Assembly (NCBI GenBank): GCA_050084515.1
Contig: CM114271.1
Coordinates: 48,980,001 to 49,044,000 of the forward strand
DNA length: 64,000 nt
DNA from: Blasia pusilla
Taxonomy: Eukaryota
Reading direction: 5' to 3'
A program made the translations under genes and the position numbers. Below are positions 50,016-64,000 of the stretch, piece after piece. Position 1 is the stretch's first letter, and each line of letters opens with the position of its first letter. The notes beneath the pieces were generated by a model. The model had not been told where the DNA came from, did no database searches, and saw only the letters and a program-made list of their open reading frames with translations.

Positions 50016-52626
50016 ACCTGGACATTGCGAAGAACCTGCATATGTGCATCATGTTTTAGGCAACTTTCCAACTATGATAATGCAAAATTGAAAACAGAGG
50101 AGACACCCAATTTCAGGGTCCATGAAAGAACACAAACATATATGATAGGTCCACATAACATGTGCTGTGTACTTTGTGCCAGGTGCCTTGTCAATCATAG
50201 ATATTCACATTGTGCTCATACAAAGTACAGAGCATAGGTTAAAGGACAAAGTCATATGGAGAGTTCTTTCGTGGACCCTATACCCTTAACTCTCCATATA
50301 AACTCTATGGAGATTTCCTACATAGGTTTTGTTTAAATTTTTTGAACAGAGAATATAAACAAACCAGTCTTAGTGGTGGAGCCTACGAAACGTAGAGCCT
50401 TGCCCCTAGAAAGTGAAAGACACCATTATGAAGGTCAAATCATACTACGGAATGCCAACAACAACCGAAAGCTCTAAAACATGGAAGAAGGGGATCCAAC
50501 AATGGAAATTATAGAAGTATAACCTTCAGAGCTGCTCCACAAGCAACTAAGCGTACTCCATTGTCTCTACAGTACTGCAAGATCTGTAGGTAGTTTTTCC
50601 AACGATCATCTGATAAATTTGAGGCAAAAGCTTTCAACTCTTCATCACTTAACCCAAGACAACAAGATAGAACCAAAGCCCAATCACTTTGGCACTTGAG
50701 TAGAAATTGGATGGCAAGTACAAGTTTCCATCATAGATAACAATCAGATTTCAACTTTTATAGCAAGAATGCGGCAAGGTTTTTATGGTCTATAGTCAGT
50801 GCTTACACACTTGTTGATCATCCAAGTGGTCAACCAGAGGAGGTCAGTAACGATCAGTAATTGGTTTATGCCAGTCCAAGTCAATCAAGGCAATCAGCTT
50901 ACAACTTATTCTACTTCAACTTTCACACATTCATCATCAAATAATGCTTCACTTTGCAAAAAAATCTGATTAACAAAAAAACATTGTAATAACGCTCTTC
51001 CTATTTTTGTGAAGGAAAAATAGGAAGAGCTTACTTTTTTTGTTCATGTTAGCATCCAATTGCATCTGTAGGACACTTGGAAAGGCTTGAAAGGCGAATG
51101 ATAAACCCCGAGCTTGTTCTAAACACTTATCCCTCAAGATCTAAACAATGTCTAGCTCTAGTAGTTGCCAATCCCTTCCCAAAACTAAGCACCATCTCAG
51201 CTACACACAAACCAAGCAATCAAAATACAAAGACAAGAACCTACACCCAATCCTAAGACCTTCCACTTGATTACAATTCTAGATATCGTATGACTAATTA
51301 AAATTTCCCTATACAAGATAAGTAATTTGATGTCCTACATGCTCTCATGAGAACACGCCACTTCTTATGGAGAACTATGATTCAATTTTTTGCATTTAGT
51401 TGCATGGCAGCCACTTCTTCGCTCTAGAAAACTCGTCTCCTAAGGCTACAACATTAAACCGAGGCGCTAGTAAGCAACTAACTTTGAAGCAAACACTTAA
51501 AGACTCTCGACGGGGGCCTACTAATGGAAATCCGGAACCACCACTTGCTAACAAGGATATTCCAAAATGAATATAACGCTAGGTGATGATTGTAAGGAAA
51601 AGAGGCTCTCAACGGCAAAACATAGTTCTACGCCATCAACATTATTGTTCCAATTACAGTCAATCAAATCGAGAGAGAAAAAGAAGGCATCACCAAACTT
51701 TTGGTTGCTGCACCCTTCAAGCCTTTTAGAGCTACCAGAGCAACTCCCTAACATAGAAGGATGACATATCTAGCGATTCCCATTGTCAATTGGTTGAGGC
51801 TAGAGAAATCCAGATTTTGTGCAGAAGCTAGTGCTCATGGCGTTGAAGTCCTACTCCCTAAGGTTGTCATGTTATGGCTCTCTAGCTAGTTGTAAGAGTG
51901 TGCGCTATAGCTACTATTTCCTATTTGCTAGCACCTATAAATGTGCAAAATTTCTCGAAGCAAAGATTTAGCATTGCCCATCAAAAGGCCATGGAAAACC
52001 AATCCGCTCAAGGTTGTTAAGCCCAAACAGAACCACAAATCATTGCGACCGAAGAATGTGGAGAGGAGGGGAATAAATTTTCGGGTTCCAAGAAAACATC
52101 AGAGCATGACCGAAGGAGAAATTGGATAGCCAAGAACCTGAGAGTGATGCCAGTGTGGTGTTATGAGAGAGAGGTGGGTCACAATGATGTGTGTGGGGGA
52201 TGGGGGACTAACTCCGAAGCTAGGAGCTTTCTTCAATGAGGAAACCGAGCTTTGGAGGGCCAAACTTGTAACAATTGCTATGATAGAAAGGATAGGTTGA
52301 AATCAATATTGATTGATGCTTCCTTGGGTCTTTCATGTTCTATTTTCTACGTTCTTGATCGATTGCTCTACTCTTGTTCAACAACAAGAGGGACTTTTCA
52401 GACTAAATAAGCCTTCAAATCAAAGCTTCCTCTCTTGATCAAACCATGACAAACATGCAAATCACTCTACACACATTCCACAAGACATTCAATAGCTCAA
52501 AAAATGCTCCTTGAGTGAAGAACTTCCCGTGCCAAAAACAATTCCAAGAACATTTCTCTAGTCATGGCAAAAGAAACAAATCTTAGATTTGGTATTTGGT
52601 TAAAGACCATACTTTTCTACAAGAGT

Positions 52627-52806
52627 TTAATCCAACTTGATGAGCTCATAGGTTTGTTGTAGCATGTTCTCAAAATATTCTATTGCCACAATAGATGAAT
52701 ATAAGTCAAGTTTTGCAAATTTTCGAGTAAAAAGACCACTGCCACAACTCACATCTACCAAAGCGCCCCCAAAACTAGGCTTCAAGAAATCTTCGGCCAT
52801 TTTTTC
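52627..52806 (-). pseudogene. Isolated exon-sized fragment of a class I SAM-dependent methyltransferase (plant Methyltransf_11 type, At2g41040-like from memory)
   Basis: MAEDFLKPSFGGALVDVSCGSGLFTRKFAK...IVAIEYFENML contains SAM-binding motif I and the acidic motif II. Preceded by a CAG acceptor; no other exons seen. Confidence 0.7.
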
Positions 52807-53047
52807 CTGCACATTTTCCAACTCTTGAAGTACATTTCAATGCCTGATGGCAACCGTAATATCATGAAAAACGTGTCTTTCTTCTACACATGTTTAAATT
52901 GCAATTGTGAAATCAGGATTAGAATTTACTTCTACTTTGAAAAGTCACCATGTTTATATTTATAGGCCTAGGTAAGGATCTATTTTTAGGGTTATGAGTT
53001 ATCTAATCCTTACGTCTTCCCAGTACCCTTCTTTAGTCTCAAGACTA

Positions 53048-54009
53048 AAGTAGGAAAGAGAAGAAGAGCGCTCAGGTGAGCCTTTTGCTCTTATCGTGTA
53101 GTAAAAAGACCACTGCCCTAGTCTTAGCTTGGCTAAGACCTCTAGGGTTCAAGCAAGCTAGGAGCTACCCCAAGGTTGCACACGAACATGTCCGTGCGGA
53201 CCCGCGTACCCGCGGTCCGCACTCGAGCCCGTAGCCTGGCCTAGGGTGGGCTCGGGTGTGGTGCGGGCTCAACGCCCACCTTGTGAGCCCTTGAGCCTGC
53301 GCCTGCCCACTCCAAGCCCGCATCTGCCTGCTTGGAACTTGCACCGGCCGTCCAGAGCCCGTGCCTACCCACCTAGAGCCCACACCTACCACCCTGAGCT
53401 CGCACCTGGAGGCCGCACCTGCCCGTTCGAGCCCGCACGTGCCCGCATGAAGCCCGGACCTGCCCGTTCAGAGCCCGCGCCCAATTAGCCCTCAACCCGC
53501 ACTTGCCGGCCCCAAGCTTGCACCTACCCAGCTAGAGCCCGCACCTGCCCTCCCTAGCTCATGCGCAATCAACCCTGAGCCCGCGCGTGCCCTCCTAAGC
53601 CCGCGCACAATCATTCCTAAGCCCGCGCTTGCCCGTCCCAAGCCTGCACCTGCCCGCCACGAGTCTGACCCACACGTGCTCACTTGGAACCCGCACTTGG
53701 CTTCCCGGAGCCCGCACATGCCCACCCTAGCATGCACCTACCTTCCTCGAGCCCGCACCTTCCCCGCCGTGAGCTCGCCCTTTGGGCCATGCAATGGGTG
53801 CGGGCTCTATCAACCCAAGTCTAGATGGCGGGCTCCAAGGCAGGCTCGGATGCGGACTAGGGTGCGGGCCGGGCATGTCCGAGGACTTGTCTGGACTTGT
53901 CTGACCGGACATGTTTGTCCCATGGATGGACTTGTCCATTTCCGTGCAACCTTGAGCTACCCTATAAGAGCAAAAGGTTCACTAGAGCGCTCTTCTTATC
54001 TTTCCTACT
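53048..54009. repeat. Older ~47-bp inverted repeat pair (hairpin or MITE) interrupted by the hAT element
   Basis: 53048-53094 AAGTAGGAAAGAGAAGAAGAGCGCTC...CTTTTGCTCTTAT is the near reverse complement of 53964-54009. Confidence 0.7.
53171..53954. mobile_element. Non-autonomous hAT-type DNA transposon (MITE), 784 bp, GC-rich
   Basis: 11-bp TIR CAAGGTTGCAC / GTGCAACCTTG; perfect 8-bp TSD AGCTACCC (53163-53170, 53955-53962); many internal GAGCCCGCAC-like repeats. Confidence 0.9.
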
Positions 54010-56899
54010 TTCCCCAACCCCTCGACCGATAAACTTCTTAGATAACTACCTCTCAGCCTAGGTGGCTGATTATGACCTATTATGAATGAAGGAGTTGACA
54101 TTTTGGAGGATCTACTACTGGAGGAGATACCGTGCTGCCTAAAGAGGCATCAAAAATCTATAGAGTCTCTGCTTCCACCTAGGAAGCCAAAGATCCCAAA
54201 GTTTTGCAGCCACCCTTGTTCATACACGAAAGACACAAGAGGACTCCTACACTGCCCATAGTTGAAGTGCCAAATTTATGTGACAGCTTCACCTTCATAC
54301 ATAGTTTAATCATTCCACAAGGCTTCTTGCAAAGAAGAATCTGAAAATCCGACCAAACCTCAACTGTAGGCAAAAACAACAATTTTGTGAAAATATGCTT
54401 GAGTGAATATTATAGTAGGCTTCTACTGTCCATTCCTCTTTTTAGACTTCTTAAAAAACCAACCCAACTTCTGAAAAAGCCTAGAAAGGAAACCCATGAA
54501 GTACTTACCATTCAAAAATTACAACTAAAATTGCTTCTAGAGTACCATACCAGTAAGAATTTTATATAGAGTATAAGTGTATCTGAACAATTCCATACTC
54601 ACTATTAAGACTTCTTCATAAACTTTTGAGCTGGCCATGAGAGTAAGGTCTAGAGTCTCTGCTGAAGTAGGACTTCTTACAACTCACACATTCAAACCCA
54701 GACCTTCTGATTGCTTGTCTGTAGCACATAAGCAAAGGGATAGCTGGTCATGCATCATCTGCTAATGCTCCTATCAGAAATTGATAGTCCTCTTAATATG
54801 AACAGGATAAAGGCTGGGGAGCCACAAATTCCAACCATCCTTCTAGTAGAAAATAGTTGTGTGAATCGAATTTGTAGACTGTAATTCGTGCAGTGATCTA
54901 ATCAACCGTCAACACCTCTAAAACGAAGCATAATATTCATATGAACAAACTAGTAATTATAGAAGTAAAGGAAATAACAGTAGTCGGATCAGAATCGAGG
55001 TCCAAATAAAAATGAGCGAGAATTTTTCAGACTTATTGGGAGTGGCCCACGGTCCCTTTCCTAAGAAGCGGTTGATAGCATAAAGGATAGGCTGGTAGCT
55101 CCAAATCAGCTTTCTTCTCTTCCTCAATATATTTCTCGCTACCATAGCATAGGATGTTCAGTGTTAGATACGATGAGATAGGCTACATGAGGTCACCTTC
55201 GACACCTATCTAGAGCCCAAAGTAGGAAAGGACAATTCTGCAACTCAATACTTGACAACTAGTCAAGTACTTCAATTAGCATCTTCGGATTAGATCTCTC
55301 ACCAACTTAGCAATGGCAATCCTCTATCTTAACATTGACAAGATGTCATAATTTGTTAAGCTTACCCTCATATTGGATATAGGTGAACTAATATTGTTTC
55401 ACTATGATTATCCATACAGATAATTAAGAAGGCTGTGATGTCACGTACGCAACTCACTCTTCAGCCATAATACCAATTGCTCTAATCTCATCCCTTATAC
55501 TCATGTTGAACTACACTATTTTGAATATTTTCGAGATAAAGAAAGAAAGAATATTGTTACAATGTTGCAACAAGTAATTCCCCTAATGTATTTGCAAATA
55601 GTGATGTTCTTGAACATAAACCTCATTATCTCTAGATCTCAACATAAGAAGTAGTAGAGCCAGATGATAACCCATGATCACAAATCCCTCACTATAGGTA
55701 AAGGATACATTTCATCAAATGCTCTCCAAAAGCAAGAACTAAAAAGGCTTTCAGATGTTTTAAAGAAAGTGCAATCTACGCTATTGTTGATAGATTGAGT
55801 GAACACAACAACCTCCCATGCTACAATAGCAAGAGACTGTCATATATACCACCTCTCAAACATAGATGTCTTCTGACTTTTTCCAGAGATGCAGAATTCC
55901 CAAAAGTGACATGTCTGCCAACTCAAGCTCCTTGATTTCTCATGTAATGAAGGATATTAATATCATGTTACTGTACGACAAATCTCCTCATATGGTTTTG
56001 AGTAGTGGAAAATGGCTTTGTCTCTACTACAACATCATACCATAATCCATTCGTAGAGAGGATCTTGACATAGTGAAATATGCTTCCAACTCCCATTTAT
56101 TCTACCCTACTCTTCCCTCTTCCTCCTCCTCCTTCCCCAACCTGCAGACTCCCTCATCGTCGTCCATAACCACCTCATGCACCTCCTACCTCCTCTCCTT
56201 ATAACCCTTCTTCTTTTGCATTTATGGCAAAGGCTCCTTGCATACCTTGTGGTAAGGAGTTTGCTCCTTTGGCTAATGGGATCAAAAGACATCACGGGTA
56301 TTTTCGATCCATGCATGGGCCTTCAATCCCTAACCCGATATCATCTCCTATTGCACTCCCCATAACAACGTCTTAGACTTGGTTAAGCCAAATTGAACTC
56401 CTTCGCTCTTTCCATCCAGGTCTCCCTGGTCCTAGACTCTCCACTTGCATTCCACTTGCATTCCTATTGCTCTTCCCCCCATCACCCATCATCATTGCTT
56501 TGCCCATTAGAAAGGTTAGCGCGTAATCCCACAAATATCAATGCTTGGTCTTTGCTATTACTCTTCCCATGATGGATGTTAATCCTCCATCCAAGGGGTG
56601 GTGTGATGGATGGGTCATCGTGAAACCACCATATATATTCAACTCTTTATGTTTGGGGATTGGGAGATTCTTCAAAATGAGCATTTACTTTGAGCAGAGG
56701 CCTTACCTGTGGATCATCCCACTCAACATGCCAATCATGGGAGGCCTTCACTACAACAACGCCTTTGACGAAGCCTACTTTTGGGACAAGTTGGTGAGTT
56801 TTCACGTGCGGCTTGAGTATTAGGGTCTCAGGCGGTTCCAAGTGCGGACATAGTGGCTCTCTTAGAAGCTCTTCACCCTCCTTCAAAGTGGTGATGCAC

Positions 56900-58150
56900 C
56901 ATATATCTTTTGTGGAAGACTATACAATGGATCTTGACTTGGAGCTTGACTTGGAGGTTTTCACGAGAGAATTTCTTCATACTCCTCGCTTATCAAGAAG
57001 TGGGCTATCAGGGATGGTTTTTGAGCATCTCCGCAATTGCTTTATCGGGGAAGATTCAGCAAGCGACTTTGTCTCTCTATATAAGGTATGTGCATATATT
57101 GCAGATCATCTCCCATTCTCTATATCTAGGCTCTGAAGCGTTGGTCGTTTGTTGGCTATGGATAAGCCTTCTTTAGATGTCCACCCTTTAGTTATTAGAG
57201 AGGTTTTATAACGCTTCGGTAGTCAATCTCTATGCTTGCAATTTCTTCCTCATTTTAGTGCCTATTTATTTCTTCATCAATTTGGAGTGGCAACCCCTGT
57301 AGCTGTGAGGTTGAGGCTCTTCAAGCATCAATCCAAGCATTTCCATCTTGTATTTTCCCTTCTATTGCTGATGATACTCACATTATAGATCTTCGTTTTG
57401 AAGTGGTTCCTACTTATACCCATTTTATGGAACAACCCTCTTTCTTAAACTTTAAATTCTAACCTAGTAAATGTCGAGTATGGTCTCCTTCATGCCTTCC
57501 TTCAACATTTTACCCCGTCTACTCTTGACTTTTCCATCTATATTGAAGAGGTTAGGATTGTTGGGGCTTCAATTGGCATCATTGAATATGTGTCCAAATT
57601 CTTGGATGAGGCCCTTTTGAAAGAAGTACAATGGCTTCATTTATTACCTCATGTAGGGGATCCCCAAGTGGCTTATGGGATTCTCTCCCAATGTTTTCTA
57701 CGATGTCCTTCTTATCTGCTTTGCACTTGTCCTCCCGCTTCAAGGTTCTTACATCGGTTGCACATGATGGAGAACGAATAGCCACATATGATGCCAATAG
57801 AGAGGCAATAGCATCAATGGCTTGTATTGTAGGGTACACTGTTGGGCAAGAGTAGCTCCATGTTGTACCTTCAACTACACATGTAACCTCTCATCGGGGA
57901 GTTGATCTTGTTATGTCTCGAGGTGCATTCCGGACAGTAGGTGACGTGGTGGTTGTTGATCCAACATGTTCTGACTTGGTGTTTCAAGTTGCACTTACCA
58001 AAAGTTCGGTGGGCAGAGCAACAACAAAAATCAAGGAGTTAGTTATGGTGTGAGAAATGCGACTAATGGATTTATTCTTTCTGCAATAAAAATATTCGGT
58101 CATTTACATGTGTCTTTTCATACTTTCCTGAAAATATATACCACTCCCTA
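56900..58150 (+). mobile_element. Degenerate, internally deleted non-LTR retrotransposon, probably of the CRE/RLE type
   Basis: Fragments SGLSGMVFEHLR, GRLLAMDKP..V.PL, HQFGVA, SIADDTHI (RT DD motif), GDPQVAYGIL, and RGVDLVM...GDVVVVDP (restriction-like endonuclease style). Confidence 0.6.
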
Positions 58151-60571
58151 GAGAATCGTCACCTTGCCCCTTCCCATAGTCCTTCTCTATAGCCATTACT
58201 TATTTTCGGAATTACTACATTGTGCTCGAGGTGGGATGGAGAGGGGGTAGTTCGTCTTGTTGTCCAACCACTAGTATTTTGTCATATTTGTTCCATACTA
58301 TCAATAATGTAGTTTGTTGAGTCCGTGTTTGTGTTAGGTAGTTTGTCATTTTTTTTTCATTCCATCATCCGAATTAATTTTTTCCTCTTCTTTAGATGTT
58401 ATTACCTTATTATAATAAAGTAGATGTTGAAGCATCATCTTCGCTATCGACAGGCTCTAAACGCAATGCTAAATTTGTGGGTTTATGATGATGGAAAATC
58501 TCATCGACAAATGAAGGTACCCGGTCTTGTGCATGGCTGGTTACTAGAGCTAAAACGCGAGATTTGGGAGCAGTCTGCAGATTTTCATGTATCTGACCGA
58601 GAGTGAAATGAGTTCCGCATCTCCAGCAACAGAGTTTCCACCGATCTGTTTCAAACTAAATGGATCACAAATGTGCGGCTAAGAGATAACCAGGCGTCTG
58701 ATCACGATGACCAGTATCTACTCTAACTAGGTCTGCGTTGAGATGTAGGAGAGCCTTACGAAAATTTTCTTGAAGAGATGATGCGATGCTAGTGAGTTGT
58801 CATTCGCAATTAATCCACAAATTCACATCAAATAATTTTTTGGAGTAACAAGATGCTGCAAGTAGATTGTTGCGTCCACATATCCGCCGTCATTCTTTTG
58901 TCGAATTCCTTTGTGAGATTCACAATCGAAATTTCTTGCCTAGACTGATCAGCGGAGATGACAAAATGGCGGACAGAAGAAGTAAGGAAGCCTTACGCAC
59001 TGCATGATGACGTCCTGAACAAACATACGATTGTGGTGATGATTGCATATCGACTGCAAATTGTAACCATGTGCACACGATTGTGATGGGAAACAACCAG
59101 AATTGAATCCTAAGCGCACGCGCATAGGCTTTCTACGCCAAAGCTAATACTACTAGACGGCATTTGAGACATCTGATGATCTCCTTCCGGAGGAATTCCA
59201 AGTTTAGGAGCCGAGTGTTCATTGGAAGCACGCTTCCTTCATGTTCACGGAAATGGAAAACTTTAGATCATTGAAACGACCAGAGCGCTGCTACTTCGGA
59301 TGTGCGCGGAGACTGGGTTAGAGCACGCAATTTGGAATTGATGCAACGCGGATATGTACTAGTTGTGACTGCCTGTGTAATTTGATCGCGCTTTCTCATG
59401 TAAATTCTACTTTTCCTTTAGATTGCACAGCGTAATGTCACGCGTCTTCCTGCGTGGATGTAATCGATCGAGCTGTCGCGGGCTATTTCACGCATCTTGT
59501 CTAGACCTCTACGTATTTACGAAATTCGGAGCCAGTAAATCAGTTGACATTCTTTTATCGCGCTTCCTCATAGAAATTCAATACTTCTCTGATTGTAAGT
59601 TGTCTCAATTTTAGTCCAGTGCCATTATTTCTGCATGGAGCAGTCGGTTGGGATGAATCCGCATCAACACATCTTTTAGTCTGTGCCATCCGCATGCATA
59701 ATGTGGAAAACCTACAAATTAACTTTCATCTGGTCGCCGAAACGTTTTTAAGCTCACGCTTACTACAAGCTCAATTCTGACTCAGTTTGAGCTTCCTAGA
59801 TAGGAGCCGAAATAGAAAGGCCTATCTTCACTATGTGCTGCATCCATCAATCTACAGTCTGGATCTACGTATTAACTCGTTCAAACGATCCCGCTCGTGT
59901 AGGTGATCCGACTTTGCAAGCACTTCGACCTCCGGCCAGAACGGAATTCTTTGGCAGCCAGAACGGAATTATACTACCGGTCCAACTTTCGTGTATCGGG
60001 TCGTTAACGTCACAACAGTTAGTACAAGGTCCAGACAGTGTCATCATCCAAAGAAGAGATTAAGCCATGGAGTGCGAAACGGTCCACGCGGCAGACTCTT
60101 GATGATCATCATACAGAATTCCTAATCGTGATTTTAAGGGCCGAGCAGCTCAACAGTCCAGAGCTCGCAATTTAGATTCTAAGGAGTGAGTGCGAAAGAG
60201 TCAGATCTGTAGGGCCCTGGGCTAAGCACTGGAGAATCGAGCGAGCACGTGACGGGATGGCGGAGAGCTTCGAAAGAACGGAAAGGGATTCTTTTCGAGT
60301 CAAAAGATCTACTGTTTAGGGTCCGGGGAGACGTTCCTGAAGCGTTTCATGCGAAGCAGCGTCAATCGATCTTTTGCAGAGAATGGTCATGACTTTGTGA
60401 ATCTAAATTTGTCATTAAAGTCAATATAAAGATCGGCTGGGGTTTCAATTTGAAATAGCTCTGGTGACGATTCACCGCGAGAGGGGCTCGCATTTTGATG
60501 AATTTGAAGATTACGGCCGGAGAACGGGACCATCTGCAACTCTGGGAAGCTTGGCACCGCTAGCTGTCTGA

Positions 60572-63756
<3,185 letters not shown>

Positions 63757-64000
63757 TACATATAATTCGTCTTCGACTAATCGCCAATCGACCTAGAACC
63801 TAGCTCCATCTATGTCCCATCAGGCTCAGCGTTCAGGATCCTATGAATGTTTTGCCCGTAGGTTTAGCCTAACAAGAAGCGATGAGCGCTAGGTGCTCCC
63901 GCATCTAATTTTGAAACTACCTACGGTGACGGTTTAGAATTGAAGGAGAGCTTTAGGTCGACGTGTACTATGGAGTTATGTAGTGCATATGGATTATATT

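Noticed and set aside
50050-52500. Possible L1-like debris (also 54100-56100)
   Set aside because: Too degenerate to support by eye; needs a repeat-library search.
53200-53770. CRISPR-like array or Pro/Arg-rich ORFs
   Set aside because: Irregular degenerate short repeats inside a TIR/TSD-bounded MITE; no constant repeat-spacer period.

Overview
Eukaryotic land-plant nuclear DNA; a non-seed plant such as a bryophyte is my guess and cannot be proven from the window. Three intact intron-containing host genes are present: chloroplast FBPase (-, 3378-5919), a UPF0183/PHAF1-family gene (-, 31561-36656) and alpha-tubulin (+, 60755-63756). They are separated by two nests of decayed Ty3/Gypsy-type retrotransposons (about 7.6-28.6 kb and 37.7-50.0 kb; five copies, here called A-E). 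These elements are unusual in four ways. (1) The pol region carries a DNMT3-like C5-cytosine methyltransferase between protease and RT. (2) The integrase ends in a PHD finger instead of a chromodomain. (3) No tRNA PBS is recognisable; a covarying self-complementary PBS suggests self-priming. (4) The termini are not ordinary LTRs: with a ~500-bp repeat alpha and a ~128-bp repeat beta, the layout is alpha-internal-beta-alpha-beta, with TG..CA ends and a 4-bp TSD. This looks like a circularly permuted LTR integrated by a DDE integrase at an att site inside the LTR. Also present: a hAT MITE, a CRE-like non-LTR remnant, an orphan methyltransferase exon, and intronic fold-back and duplication structures. 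All assignments are by eye from motifs; no searches were run.
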